NCBI GenBank assembly: GCA_017403265.1
Contig: JAFQOJ010000017.1
Span: 1,196 to 65,195, forward strand
Direction of reading: 5' to 3'
DNA from: Clostridia bacterium
Lineage (GTDB): Bacteria; Bacillota; Clostridia; Oscillospirales; Acutalibacteraceae
Length of the DNA stretch: 64,000 bases
Below the pieces are notes generated by a model that did not search any database, was not told the origin of the DNA, and saw only the letters and a program-made list of their open reading frames with translations. A program made the position numbers and the translations under genes. Below are positions 25,971-36,227 of the stretch, in pieces (within the stretch, counting starts at the first letter, position 1; each line of letters begins with the position of its first letter).

Positions 25971-27386
25971 TTAAATCTCCTTTGGTATAATAACTGTAAA
26001 TGTGGTGAACTTATTTTCCTTACTCTGTACCGAAATTTCACCCTTATGGGCATTAACAATAGTCTTTACAATATAAAGACCTAAGCCCGTACTGTTTTTA
26101 ACATTAGAGCGTGCCTTATCACCCTTGTAAAATCGTTCAAAAACATAAGGCAGGTCGTTTGCGGTAATACCCTTACCCGTATTGGTTATGGAAAAGATTA
26201 TACTATCCGCATTTTGCGAAAGCGAGAAAGAAATCTTTCCCGATTCGTTGGTGAATTTTATAGCGTTATCTATAAGATTATAAACCACTTGATACAGTAA
26301 ATCCTTATCGGCTTTAAGCTTTACGCTTTGCATAGTATCAAGCCCTTCAACAACAATCTGTTTTTCTTCTATATGCTGTTCACGACTTATCATTATTGTA
26401 CACAAAAGCCCGTAAAAATCAAACTCCGATACATTTAGAACCGCTTCGCCCGATTCAAGCTTGGTAACACTAAGCATACCGTTTACAAGGCGGGACAGCC
26501 GTTTTACTTCGTCAGATACAATTTTAAGATAGTATTCTCTGCTTTCGGGTTTTATAGTTCCGTCAAGTATGCCGTCAATAAAGCCACCTATAGTTGTCAT
26601 TGGGGTTTTAAGCTCGTGCGAAACATTACCAACAAAGCTCCTGCGCATACTCTCAAGCCGAGACAACGAGTTTGTCATCATATTAAAGGATGCCGCGAGC
26701 TCGCCTATTTCATCATCGCTTGTAACGGGAACTCGCTTTGAAAAATCACCCTTAGCCATAGCCTTTGCCGCTTCTGACATACTTTTAAGCGGTCTTGTAA
26801 GTCGATAGGTCATAAGGTAAATTGCAATAACCATTAAAGCTAAGGGTATAATTGCCCAAAGATAATAAAGCCTTGAAATACGGCTTAAAATACCACTGGT
26901 TTCGGAGACAGGTGAAGTTGTAAAGACAAAATACTTAGCGTTTTCATCCATCTGCCTTGCCGTCACATACTGCGGGAATTTATATATATTAAGGGTTGTA
27001 ATTCGCGAAAAGGTTTCACTTTTCCCAATGCTTGAAAGTATACCGCTAGGTATTATGTATGACGAATGCATACATTTTCCGGCTTCTTGCCACTCATTAC
27101 AGGCACATAAAACTACCGCGCCATAGGAATCGGTAATAAAAACATCACTGTCAAGCACCTGCGACAGAGGAACCGCAATTTCAAGAAAATTTTCACCGTG
27201 TTCAAGATAGTTAAAATCGGTAAAGCTTTGGCTTATTTGCTCACAACAGTGGGACTGCCGTTTGTACTGAGAATCGGCAATATGCTTATTAAGTACTACC
27301 GATAAAATCATCATAAGCGCAACCAAGCTTATTCCAACTATACTTACGGTTAAAAGAAAGTATTTTTTAAAAAGCTTAAGCCTCAT
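25971..27386 (-). CDS. Sensor histidine kinase (HAMP-HisKA-HATPase)
   Basis: Two TM segments flank an extracytoplasmic domain. H-box SHELKTPMT, N-box NLIDNAIKF, G-box GLGLYIV. Confidence 0.9.
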   Translation of the reverse strand: MRLKLFKKYFLLTVSIVGISLVALMMILSVVLNKHIADSQYKRQSHCCEQISQSFTDFNYLEHGENFLEIAVPLSQVLDSDVFITDSYGAVVLCACNEWQEAGKCMHSSYIIPSGILSSIGKSETFSRITTLNIYKFPQYVTARQMDENAKYFVFTTSPVSETSGILSRISRLYYLWAIIPLALMVIAIYLMTYRLTRPLKSMSEAAKAMAKGDFSKRVPVTSDDEIGELAASFNMMTNSLSRLESMRRSFVGNVSHELKTPMTTIGGFIDGILDGTIKPESREYYLKIVSDEVKRLSRLVNGMLSVTKLESGEAVLNVSEFDFYGLLCTIMISREQHIEEKQIVVEGLDTMQSVKLKADKDLLYQVVYNLIDNAIKFTNESGKISFSLSQNADSIIFSITNTGKGITANDLPYVFERFYKGDKARSNVKNSTGLGLYIVKTIVNAHKGEISVQSKENKFTTFTVIIPKEI

Positions 27387-28069
27387 TATTTAACCTCAAA
27401 TTTATAGCCTACACCCCAAACGGTTTTTAAAGACCATTCCCCTGATATATTTTCAAGCTTTTCACGAAGGCGTTTTACATGAACATCCACAGTTCTTGAA
27501 TCGCCGTAGTAATCAAAACCCCAAACCTCATCAAGCAGCTGGTCGCGTGTGTAAACTCTATTTGGATTGCTTGCCAAATGATAAATAAGCTCCAATTCCT
27601 TAGGCGGTGTGTCAATCTGCTTTCCGCATACTTCTAATTCGTAATTAGTAAGGTTAATACGCAAATTATCATACTTAACCTCTTCTATTTGCTTTTTTTG
27701 CTTGTCGTTACTGCGCCGCAGAACTGCCTTAACGCGCGCTACAACCTCCTTGGTATCAAAGGGCTTTGTAACATAATCGTCGGCGCCTAATTCCAAGCCT
27801 AAAATTTTGTCAAAAACTTCACCTTTTGCTGTTATCATAATAATAGGTGTTTCTAAGGTTTTTCTTATTTCTCTGCAAACCTGCCAACCGTCAAGCGACG
27901 GCAACATTATGTCAAGCAAAATCAAATCAGGGTTTTCTTTTATTGCCGATTTTACTGCATCATTACCGTCATTAGCGATAATTGTATCGTAGCCCTCTTT
28001 TTCAAGGTAAAGTCTTAAAAGCTCACAAATATTTACATCATCATCTACTATTAAGATTTTATTTTTCAC
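27386..28069 (-). CDS. OmpR-family response regulator
   Basis: Receiver domain (DD...LLDIMLP...K) plus a winged-helix output domain (RTVDVHVKRLREKL). Its stop overlaps the kinase start. Confidence 0.9.
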   Translation of the reverse strand: MKNKILIVDDDVNICELLRLYLEKEGYDTIIANDGNDAVKSAIKENPDLILLDIMLPSLDGWQVCREIRKTLETPIIMITAKGEVFDKILGLELGADDYVTKPFDTKEVVARVKAVLRRSNDKQKKQIEEVKYDNLRINLTNYELEVCGKQIDTPPKELELIYHLASNPNRVYTRDQLLDEVWGFDYYGDSRTVDVHVKRLREKLENISGEWSLKTVWGVGYKFEVK

Positions 28070-28171
28070 ATCATTCCCCTACCTTTGAAATCTATTTTAA
28101 CACATTTTCAGAATAATTGTATTAAAAAAATATGAATATTTATTAAAAATTTAAGTAACAGCTATCCCCAT

Positions 28172-28202
28172 CAAAGAAAAAGGCTGCCTTCGAAAAGGCA
28201 GC
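28172..28202 (-). terminator. Terminator after the Zn-ribbon gene
   Basis: GCTGCCTT (28183-28190) / AAGGCAGC (28195-28202) with loop CGAA. On the minus strand it is followed by CTTTTTCTTTG. Confidence 0.65.
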
Positions 28203-28216
28203 ACATCAACCTAAAA

Positions 28217-28507
28217 TTATTCTTCAGCCGATTCTTCTTCCTTCATCTTTGCGAAGCATTCACTGCAATAAACCGGACGGTCATCACGGGGAATAAATGG
28301 CACCTTTGCTACACCACCGCAAGCAGCACATACTGCCTCGTGCAATTCTCTGGGAGCTCTACCTGCATTTTTACGCTTGTCGCGGCAGGGCTTGCAACGT
28401 TGCGGTTCATTTACAAAGCCTTTGGATTCATAAAATTCCTGCTCTCTTGCAGTGAAAACAAACTCCTCTCCGCAGTCTTTGCAAACCAGTGTCTTGTCTT
28501 CAAACAT
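28217..28507 (-). CDS. Small zinc-ribbon protein with two CxxC...CxxC units
   Basis: CKDCGEEFVFTAREQEFYESKGFVNEPQRCKPC and CAACGG...VYCSEC, followed by an acidic tail. Confidence 0.7.
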   Translation of the reverse strand: MFEDKTLVCKDCGEEFVFTAREQEFYESKGFVNEPQRCKPCRDKRKNAGRAPRELHEAVCAACGGVAKVPFIPRDDRPVYCSECFAKMKEEESAEE

Positions 28508-28614
28508 TTTTGTTACCTCTCTTAGGTTTTTTATTATTGCCCCGGACGGTATCGCGCCGTCTTCTTCTTTGCGAATGTTTTGCTTTTAAACTACATGGGC
28601 ATATTTAGGCGGCG

Positions 28615-29181
28615 TTAAATAGCCGCTATTTTCTTGCGTATTCTAGCCAATGCGTTATCTACCGATTTTTCGGTTATTTGCATTTGTTTAGAAATTTCAC
28701 TATAACTTTTCCCTTCTAAAAACAACTGCAGTACCGCATTTTCCCTACTCGAAAGCTCAAGCTTTATATTTTCTTCAAGATTTTTAAGGTCTTCCTTTTC
28801 AATCAAAATACTTTCGGGACTTTGAGCATATAAAATTCCAGCATCTTCAATAGGTATAAGAAGCTCATCAGGAATTGCTTTTTTTGTATTGTTTTTACGA
28901 AGTCTTGCAATCATTGAACGCTTTATACAAACATTTGCAAGGGCTTGAAAACTTGATTTTTGTGGGTCAAAGCTTTTAACCGCACCGTATAGGGCAATTG
29001 TCGCTTCTTGCACCGCGTCTTCAATTTGGTTTTGTGGGCAATATTTTTTAGCAGCACTAATAATTTTTGGTAAATATCGGTCAATTATTATCTGCAAATT
29101 TTCATATTCGCCCCTATTTATTAGTGAAATAACCTCATTATCGGTCAATTTTTTGTTATTTTCGACAAAATTTATTCCCAT
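28615..29181 (-). CDS. Sigma-70 family RNA polymerase sigma factor (regions 2 and 4 only; SigH-like)
   Basis: The region 2 segment (EDAVQEATIALYGAVKSFDPQKSSFQALANVCIKRSMI) and the region 4 HTH (SYSEISKQMQITEKSVDNALARIRKKI) resemble B. subtilis SigH. No region 3 is present. Confidence 0.65.
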   Translation of the reverse strand: MGINFVENNKKLTDNEVISLINRGEYENLQIIIDRYLPKIISAAKKYCPQNQIEDAVQEATIALYGAVKSFDPQKSSFQALANVCIKRSMIARLRKNNTKKAIPDELLIPIEDAGILYAQSPESILIEKEDLKNLEENIKLELSSRENAVLQLFLEGKSYSEISKQMQITEKSVDNALARIRKKIAAI

Positions 29182-29336
29182 CCGTACTCCAAAATAGCAC
29201 TTGTATCCAATATCTTTTAATATAATAACCTATATTGTATACATTGTCAAGGAAAAAATTCAAGTACTTTTTATTGCAAAATAACCAAATTTTGTGTATA
29301 ATTTAACCTTAGAAATGCTTTTGTAAGGTGAAATAT

Positions 29337-31004
29337 ATGAAAAATTTTTTAAATAGTGCATTGTGCGTTTTTTTAAGTATACTTTTTGTTGTTTTTACAG
29401 TTACCGATACTGTTATTTCGGCCGATGCCGCCACTTATACAGTAGCTAAATCCTATTCCATTCCCAAAAAGGACAGCTTCCAAGCCGGCTCAAAGCTTAA
29501 GGTATCTGTTACCGCACGTACAAAAGCCAAAGTGACCGCCACGTTAGACGGCAAAAAAATAACCCTTACTCCCGCCACAACAAAGGGCAACGGCTTTACA
29601 AAATTCAGCGGAAGCTTCACCTTGCCCGATAAGCACATAAAGGATAAAAATTTAGGACCGATTAAATTTAAAGCCACCTATAAAAAACATAGTAAAAACT
29701 TTAAATCGAAAGACATTATTTGCAAAAAGCCAAGCTTTATTAAATCTTCCAACAAAAAAGTCACACCCGAAAGCAAGGATTATATAAACGTCGGCTCAGG
29801 AATTATCACAAAAGTAGTCATGTCGCAAGCCGAAACCTTTAGTGGGAGCGGTTCCAAGGATACGTCAAAACCTTATTACAACTATTTACCCAAGGGCACT
29901 ATAGATTACGGTTCTTCCGATTATGTTACCATAAAGCGTGACGGCAATAAATACAAGCTTATAACCCTTCGTTGCGGGCAAAAAGTATATAAAGCTACCT
30001 ATGACACACCTACTTCGGAAAAATTGACCGTCACAAAGCAATACGCCGGAACGTTACCCGACCACAACGAATTATCTATTATTTCTTTTGATAACGGCAC
30101 TTCTCATACAATTTTAAAGCTTGGTACTCTTTGGAAAGCGCCCTTTAAATTTAAACTTGGTAAACAAAAATACAACAACGATTATTCAGTGGATAAAGTC
30201 ACATACACTTATGTTGATATTACATTTTGTTATGCAACTAAATTAGATGGAAAAATCAAAATCCCAAAAGACAATCACTTATTCAAAAAGGCTAAAATAA
30301 TTAAAAACAAGGATGATTACACTCTAAGGCTTTATCTTAAGAAAAAAGGCGCATTTTACGGTTGGAATTCTTATTACGATTCAAAAGGCAACTTATGTTT
30401 TGAGTTTTTAAATCCCGCAAAAATCACAAAATCTAAAAACAAATACGGTGCCAATTTAAAAGGTGTTAAGATTTTAATTGATGTAGGTCACGGTGGTAAA
30501 GACTCCGGTGCTGTAGGTTTTAGAAACAAAAAGAAAACCGAAGCCGAACGAAATCTCACCCTTGCCAAAAAAATCAAGAAAGAGCTTAAATCCATCGGTG
30601 CTACTGTTTATATGACCCGTAAAAGCGATAAAACGTCCACCACCTATGATAAAATGGCGATGCTAAGTGACTTAAAACCCGACTACTGTATTGCAATTCA
30701 CCACGACCATAACATTTCGCCCCGTCCCAACGGTTTCGGTGCATATTACTATTACCCGTTTTCCAAAAAAGCGGCAAAATATGTACTCGACCGTACCGAA
30801 GATACAAAAATCTATAAAAAAGAAACATTAAAATGGCATTACTACTATATGAGTAGGGTTTCGATTTGTCCTGTAGTACTTACTGAAAACGGCTTTATGT
30901 CTAACTATTCTGATTTTAGTAATATAAAAAAAAGCAAGGTTAATACAAAAAAAGCTGTTGCTATTACAAAAGGTATTGTAGACTATTTTAAATCAATACA
31001 ATAA
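29337..31004 (+). CDS. Secreted N-acetylmuramoyl-L-alanine amidase (Amidase_3) with large N-terminal domain
   Basis: Signal peptide and C-terminal Amidase_3 motif ILIDVGHGGKDSGAVG...E...H. ATG at 29337 follows an AAGGTGA SD; the track start GTG at 29328 overlaps the SD. Confidence 0.8.
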   Translation: MKNFLNSALCVFLSILFVVFTVTDTVISADAATYTVAKSYSIPKKDSFQAGSKLKVSVTARTKAKVTATLDGKKITLTPATTKGNGFTKFSGSFTLPDKHIKDKNLGPIKFKATYKKHSKNFKSKDIICKKPSFIKSSNKKVTPESKDYINVGSGIITKVVMSQAETFSGSGSKDTSKPYYNYLPKGTIDYGSSDYVTIKRDGNKYKLITLRCGQKVYKATYDTPTSEKLTVTKQYAGTLPDHNELSIISFDNGTSHTILKLGTLWKAPFKFKLGKQKYNNDYSVDKVTYTYVDITFCYATKLDGKIKIPKDNHLFKKAKIIKNKDDYTLRLYLKKKGAFYGWNSYYDSKGNLCFEFLNPAKITKSKNKYGANLKGVKILIDVGHGGKDSGAVGFRNKKKTEAERNLTLAKKIKKELKSIGATVYMTRKSDKTSTTYDKMAMLSDLKPDYCIAIHHDHNISPRPNGFGAYYYYPFSKKAAKYVLDRTEDTKIYKKETLKWHYYYMSRVSICPVVLTENGFMSNYSDFSNIKKSKVNTKKAVAITKGIVDYFKSIQ

Positions 31005-31065
31005 CTCCTTGAATTTATTAGGATATTATTGTATAATTAAATAAAAATATAGAAAAGAGTTTTTT

Positions 31066-32037
31066 ATGAATTTTACACCAATAGATAATAATTCTTTAGT
31101 TGAAGGTTTTTGCATAATTAAAAGCGTAGATAAAAAAACTTCTTCAAAGGGAGACAGCTATCTTGATATGACCTTGGGCGACTGCGAGGGTGAAATTAAC
31201 GCAAAATTGTGGCGCTATTCGCCAGAAGTTCACGGCGAATATGGGGCTAACCAAATAATAAAGGTTAGAGGTACCATTTCACAGTATAACGGTACCGACC
31301 AGCTTCGCATAGAGCGTATACGCCCTACAACAGCAGAGGACAATCTTAACCCGTCTGATTTTGTTAAAAGCTCGGGCTATTCCGCAGAAGAGATGTTTGA
31401 CGAATTATTGAACCTCTCCCTTAGCTTTTCAGATGAGAACCTAAAGCTGTTAGTAAGCGAAATTTTAAAAGACAACCGTTTAAAGCTTTTATATTGGCCT
31501 GCGGCATTTAAGCTTCATCACGCGGTGCGCGGCGGTCTTTTAATGCACACCCTTTCAATAGTCCGCTTAGCAGAAAGCATTTGCAAAATCTATCCCTTTG
31601 TTGACCGCGACCTATTACTTTCGGGTGCTATTTTGCACGATATTGCAAAGCTTTCGGAATTTGAAGTTGCAGATACAGGTATTGCTACAGGCTACTCTGT
31701 GGAGGGTAATCTTTTAGGCCATCTTACAATGGGTGCTATGGTAATAAGCCGCTATGCCGAAAAGTTAGGCACAGATAAAAACACCGCTATGCTTTTACAG
31801 CATATGGTGCTTTCCCACCACGGTGAGCCTGAATTTGGCGCCGCTGTTAGACCTTCATTTATAGAAGCCGAGCTTTTATCCGAGCTTGACTTAATGGATT
31901 CACGCGTTTATGAAATGAAAGAAGCTATAGAAGCAACCCCATCGGGCGATTTTTCGGCAAGGCTTTGGGCTATGGACAACCGCAAGCTTTATAACCATAA
32001 TCGTACTGATATGGATAAAACACCAAAATTATTTTAA
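31066..32037 (+). CDS. yhaM: 3'-5' exoribonuclease YhaM (OB-fold + HD domain)
   Basis: N-terminal OB fold and an HD domain (HHAVRGGLLMHT...LHDIAK...SHHG). Confidence 0.85.
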   Translation: MNFTPIDNNSLVEGFCIIKSVDKKTSSKGDSYLDMTLGDCEGEINAKLWRYSPEVHGEYGANQIIKVRGTISQYNGTDQLRIERIRPTTAEDNLNPSDFVKSSGYSAEEMFDELLNLSLSFSDENLKLLVSEILKDNRLKLLYWPAAFKLHHAVRGGLLMHTLSIVRLAESICKIYPFVDRDLLLSGAILHDIAKLSEFEVADTGIATGYSVEGNLLGHLTMGAMVISRYAEKLGTDKNTAMLLQHMVLSHHGEPEFGAAVRPSFIEAELLSELDLMDSRVYEMKEAIEATPSGDFSARLWAMDNRKLYNHNRTDMDKTPKLF

Positions 32038-32064
32038 TACTAATATTAAAAGGAGATAACAAAA

Positions 32065-32265
32065 ATGAAAATTACAAAAGATATGCTTATAGGCGATGTA
32101 CTTGATATCGATACGGGCTGTGCTGAATATTTCTTTGAAATCGGTATGCATTGCCTTGGCTGCCCTGCTTCACGTGGCGAAACAGTTGAGCAGGCTTGCC
32201 AGGTTCACGGCACCGACTGTGACGCTTTAATAGAAAAGCTTAACAAATATTTTGAGAATAAATAA
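32065..32265 (+). CDS. DUF1858 / hybrid-cluster-protein-associated redox disulfide protein
   Basis: 66 aa with the CLGCP motif in the typical DUF1858 context. Confidence 0.7.
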   Translation: MKITKDMLIGDVLDIDTGCAEYFFEIGMHCLGCPASRGETVEQACQVHGTDCDALIEKLNKYFENK

Positions 32266-32945
32266 TGTCAGAGCTTAGTCTACGGCTTAAAACAATCGCT
32301 TCCCTTGTACCAATTGGTGCAAGGGTTTGTGATGTCGGCACAGACCATGCGCGTTTGCCGATTTATTTAAAACAAAATAATATTGCAAATAGCGTAATCG
32401 CTACAGACCTTAATGAAAAACCCTTGAAATTTGCAAAAGAAAACATAGAAAAAAGTGGCGTTTCGGGTATTTCGCTCAGACTTTGTGACGGACTTTCGGC
32501 TGTTGAAAACGGTGAAGCCGATACGGTTATTGTTGCAGGTATCGGCGGAGAGGTTATATCGGAAATACTTGAAAACTGTTGTTGGATTAAAAGTAATAGT
32601 GTAACCCTTATTTTACAACCCACCACTTCGCCTGAAGTTTTACGCAAAACCTTGATACAAAGCGGTTTTGATATACTAACCGAAATTCCGCTATTTGAAA
32701 ACGGTAAGATTTATTCTATAATGACCGCTCGCTTTTGCGGTAATACACTTAACTATCCCGAGCATTTTTACTACATAGGAAAAGTGCCAAAAAATGAAAA
32801 CGGCATAATCTATATTAAAAAACAGCAAAAACGAATTTTCGACTGTATTAGCGCATATAAAAATATTCCCGCTAAGCAAAAGGAATATGAGCTTTTGCGC
32901 AAAATCTATTTAGAAATTGAAAAAATATTAACGGAGAATACCTAA
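32265..32945 (+). CDS. trmK: tRNA (adenine22-N1)-methyltransferase
   Basis: The TrmK N-terminal SAM-MTase motif DVGTDHARLPIYL and AGIGGE. Confidence 0.8.
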   Translation: MSELSLRLKTIASLVPIGARVCDVGTDHARLPIYLKQNNIANSVIATDLNEKPLKFAKENIEKSGVSGISLRLCDGLSAVENGEADTVIVAGIGGEVISEILENCCWIKSNSVTLILQPTTSPEVLRKTLIQSGFDILTEIPLFENGKIYSIMTARFCGNTLNYPEHFYYIGKVPKNENGIIYIKKQQKRIFDCISAYKNIPAKQKEYELLRKIYLEIEKILTENT

Positions 32946-34603
32946 TGGCACTTGACGGCGCATTTCTTTATAAATTAATAGCAGAACTAAAAGAAGCAAT
33001 AGACTGTCATATCGATAAAATCTACCAACCTTCGCGAGATGAGTTGGTTTTTTCCTTGCGCAAAAAAGGCTTCTCCAAAAAGCTTTTAATTTCGGCAAAA
33101 GCAGGAGCACAACGGGTGCATTTCACAGAAAATAAGTATGAAAATCCTGCTACACCACCTATGTTTTGTATGCTTATGCGCAAGTATTTGTCATCAGCAA
33201 GGCTTATAGATATTACCCAACCCGATTTAGAGCGTGTCCTGATTTTTGTATTTTCCACATCTAACGAAATGGGTGACATTGTGGAAATTAAATTAGCTTG
33301 CGAGCTTATAGGCGGTAAGGCTAATATAATTTTAATAGGCTTTGACGGCAAGATTATTGATGCGCTTCGTCACAGTAGTGTTGAATCGGGTGGCAGACTT
33401 ATTTTACCAACCGCAGCCTATACACTACCCGAAAAGCCAGATAAACTAAATCCGTTAATTGTTTCGGCTAAGGAAATTGAAAATGTAACCGCAAACCGCT
33501 CTTTGCTATCAGCAGTAGAGGGTTTTTCACCACTTATCTGCCGCGAAATCGAAGCGAGCGAAGATAAAACAAAAGCTTTAGAAAAGATTTTAGCAGATAT
33601 TAAAATCAATTATACCCCTATTTTGCTTTCTAACCCCCAGGGCGAGCCATTAGATTTCACCTATACCGAAATAAAACAGTACGGCGAAGGATATAAAAAC
33701 ACTGTTTTTGAAAGCTTTTCTGCCCTTTTAGACAAGTTTTACACCGAGAAAGAAACCGCCAGTCGCATAAATACCGCCGCGCGAGACATTATAAAGCTTT
33801 TAAACAGCCTTAAAAACCGCGCCGAAAAGCGCTTGGCTATGCGCCTTACTGACCTTAAGAAGTGTGAAAACCGCGAAAATTTACGAATCTACGGCGAGCT
33901 TATTAAGGCTAATTTGCATAGCATAGAAAAAGGCTCTACTGTAGCGCGTGTACCTAATTATTACAGCGAAAATATGGAAACAGTATCCATTCCGCTTGAT
34001 GCTTCGCTTTCACCCGCAAATAACGCAAACAAATATTTTAAAGAATATAAAAAGACCTATACCGCCGAGCAAACCTTAAAAGAGCTTACAGAGAAGGATA
34101 ATGAAGAAATAATTTATTTAGAGTCGGTGCTTGACAGCATTGAACGCTCTACTACACTTTCGGATATTGCTCAAATCCGCGAAGAATTAACCGACGCTAA
34201 ATACATTAAAGCCCAACCTTTGCGAAAAAAACAAGGTCAAAATACAAACACCTTTAAAGAGTACACCTCTATAGAAGGTTATAAAATTTTGGTTGGTAAA
34301 AACAACCGCCAAAACGATTATTTAACCACGACAATGGCATCTAAGACTGACTTATGGTTCCATGTAAAAAACATAGCCGGAAGTCATGTTATTGTATTTT
34401 CGGGCGGTAAAGAAGTATCTGATAAAACCGTACTGCAAGCGGCATTACTTGCGGCAGAGAACTCAAAAGCCGGCAAATCTTCTAATGTAGCGGTTGATTA
34501 TACCCCCGTAAAATATGTTAAAAAGCCAAACGGCGCAAAACCTGGTATGGTAATATACACTACAAATAAAACGGTTTATGTAACAGTGACTGGAGAAAAT
34601 TAA
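32945..34603 (+). CDS. rqcH: Ribosome quality control protein RqcH (NFACT / FbpA family)
   Basis: NFACT-N domain (MALDGAFL...IDKIYQP), coiled-coil middle region, NFACT-R (DLWFHVKNIAGSHVI). Confidence 0.85.
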   Translation: MALDGAFLYKLIAELKEAIDCHIDKIYQPSRDELVFSLRKKGFSKKLLISAKAGAQRVHFTENKYENPATPPMFCMLMRKYLSSARLIDITQPDLERVLIFVFSTSNEMGDIVEIKLACELIGGKANIILIGFDGKIIDALRHSSVESGGRLILPTAAYTLPEKPDKLNPLIVSAKEIENVTANRSLLSAVEGFSPLICREIEASEDKTKALEKILADIKINYTPILLSNPQGEPLDFTYTEIKQYGEGYKNTVFESFSALLDKFYTEKETASRINTAARDIIKLLNSLKNRAEKRLAMRLTDLKKCENRENLRIYGELIKANLHSIEKGSTVARVPNYYSENMETVSIPLDASLSPANNANKYFKEYKKTYTAEQTLKELTEKDNEEIIYLESVLDSIERSTTLSDIAQIREELTDAKYIKAQPLRKKQGQNTNTFKEYTSIEGYKILVGKNNRQNDYLTTTMASKTDLWFHVKNIAGSHVIVFSGGKEVSDKTVLQAALLAAENSKAGKSSNVAVDYTPVKYVKKPNGAKPGMVIYTTNKTVYVTVTGEN

Positions 34604-34604
34604 A

Positions 34605-35378
34605 ATGAAAATAGGTGTTTCTACCGCATCCCTTTACCCTACCCTAACCGAAGTAGCTCTTGAAACCATTGGCAAAGCAGGAGTTAAAACCTGTGAAATA
34701 TTCTTTAATGCCGAAAGTGAGCTAGAGCCTTCTTTTGTAGATAAACTGCTTGATATCAAAAAGAAGTATGATATGAACATTACGGCAATTCACCCAACAC
34801 TTTCCTTGGCAGAATCTTTTATGATTTTTTCTGAGTATGAAAGACGGTTTTACGAATCGCTTAATAAATTTGCCCGTTATTCCGAAGTTGCGACAGCTTT
34901 GGGTGCTAAATATATAAACCTGCACGGTGGAAAGCCTAACGGACTCACCACCGACTATGAATACTGCGAAAAATATATGACACTAAATCACGAAACCCGC
35001 AAAAACGGCGTTACGGTTTTACAGGAAAATGTAGTAAAATATCGTTCAGGTGATATTGAGTTTTTACGCAGTATGCGGGATATTTTAGGTGATGATGCAC
35101 AATTTTGCTTTGATATTAAACAGGCTATACGCTGCGGACATAACCCCACGGACCTAATAAACGAATTCTACGATAATATACGCCATTTTCATATAAGTGA
35201 CCACTCTGTAGCATCAGATTGTCTTTTACCTCTTAGGGGCAATTTTGATTTTAAAGGATTTTTCAAAACGCTTGAAAACAAAGATTTTTCTGGTGCTTGC
35301 GTTATCGAAGTTTATAAAAACGCTTATAAGAAAACTGACGAAATATTTGACTCTTACAAAAAATTAAATAACATATAG
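34605..35378 (+). CDS. Sugar phosphate isomerase/epimerase family protein (TIM barrel)
   Basis: Xylose-isomerase-like TIM barrel pattern (LQENV..., HISD...). Only distantly related to the 17.6-19.4 kb pair. Confidence 0.65.
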   Translation: MKIGVSTASLYPTLTEVALETIGKAGVKTCEIFFNAESELEPSFVDKLLDIKKKYDMNITAIHPTLSLAESFMIFSEYERRFYESLNKFARYSEVATALGAKYINLHGGKPNGLTTDYEYCEKYMTLNHETRKNGVTVLQENVVKYRSGDIEFLRSMRDILGDDAQFCFDIKQAIRCGHNPTDLINEFYDNIRHFHISDHSVASDCLLPLRGNFDFKGFFKTLENKDFSGACVIEVYKNAYKKTDEIFDSYKKLNNI

Positions 35379-35465
35379 AAAAATGTATTGATTTATTTTT
35401 TTATTTAAGATATAATACAAAGTGGATTTGTATTTTAATATTACATTTAAGAAAAGAGGGCTATT

Positions 35466-36227
35466 GTGAACGAATTTTCTATTTATCATATTTTTCGCTT
35501 ACTTGTCAAAAACTTTTTTATAATTTTCCTTTCTGCAGTTGTTTTCGGTGTGGCAACATTTTGCTATAACGAATTTCAGCTTGAAGAGCGTTATTCAGCC
35601 TCTGGATCAATTATTGTCACCAATGGCGGTGTGCTTGAAGAAATTGAAAATGACACTCAATATGTAAATAGCGATAAAGTAAACAATGCTGATATTACCG
35701 CTTCTATAAATCTGTTAACAACCGTTAAGGATTTGCTATCATCTAAAGATAGTATTTATAAAGACCTTTCAAACAAGCTTGACGGCAAATATTCCGCCGC
35801 GCAGCTTAAAAACTTTATAACTATCTCTACTCGCGAAAATTATTCGCTTTTTATTGATGTAAAATTTGAATTAAACGATAAAGACGACGCCACTAAAATC
35901 ACCAATATGTTTTTGGAGCTAACTCCCGACTGCATAAGCGAGGTTATCCCCAACTCTCGCACCAGCATAGTTACACTAAGCACAGGTGCTATAAAAACCT
36001 ACCCTCGCACCCTTACCTCCACAGTTACCGCAATGCTTATAGGTGCACTTTTATCCTTTGTTATTGTGTATATAATTTCTCTTTTCAATACTACTATTAA
36101 ATCCGAAGAAGATTTTAAAGATAGATATAACATCCCCATTTTAGGCGATATACCCGACTTTGCAACAGCAAAATCAGGTAAGTATACAAAATCTTATTAT
36201 AAGGGAGGCAGTTATTATGGCAATTAA
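35466..36227 (+). CDS. Wzz/CpsC-type chain-length determinant (tyrosine kinase modulator)
   Basis: N- and C-terminal TM segments flank an extracytoplasmic domain. It lies directly upstream of, and overlaps, the BY-kinase gene. Confidence 0.75.
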   Translation: MNEFSIYHIFRLLVKNFFIIFLSAVVFGVATFCYNEFQLEERYSASGSIIVTNGGVLEEIENDTQYVNSDKVNNADITASINLLTTVKDLLSSKDSIYKDLSNKLDGKYSAAQLKNFITISTRENYSLFIDVKFELNDKDDATKITNMFLELTPDCISEVIPNSRTSIVTLSTGAIKTYPRTLTSTVTAMLIGALLSFVIVYIISLFNTTIKSEEDFKDRYNIPILGDIPDFATAKSGKYTKSYYKGGSYYGN

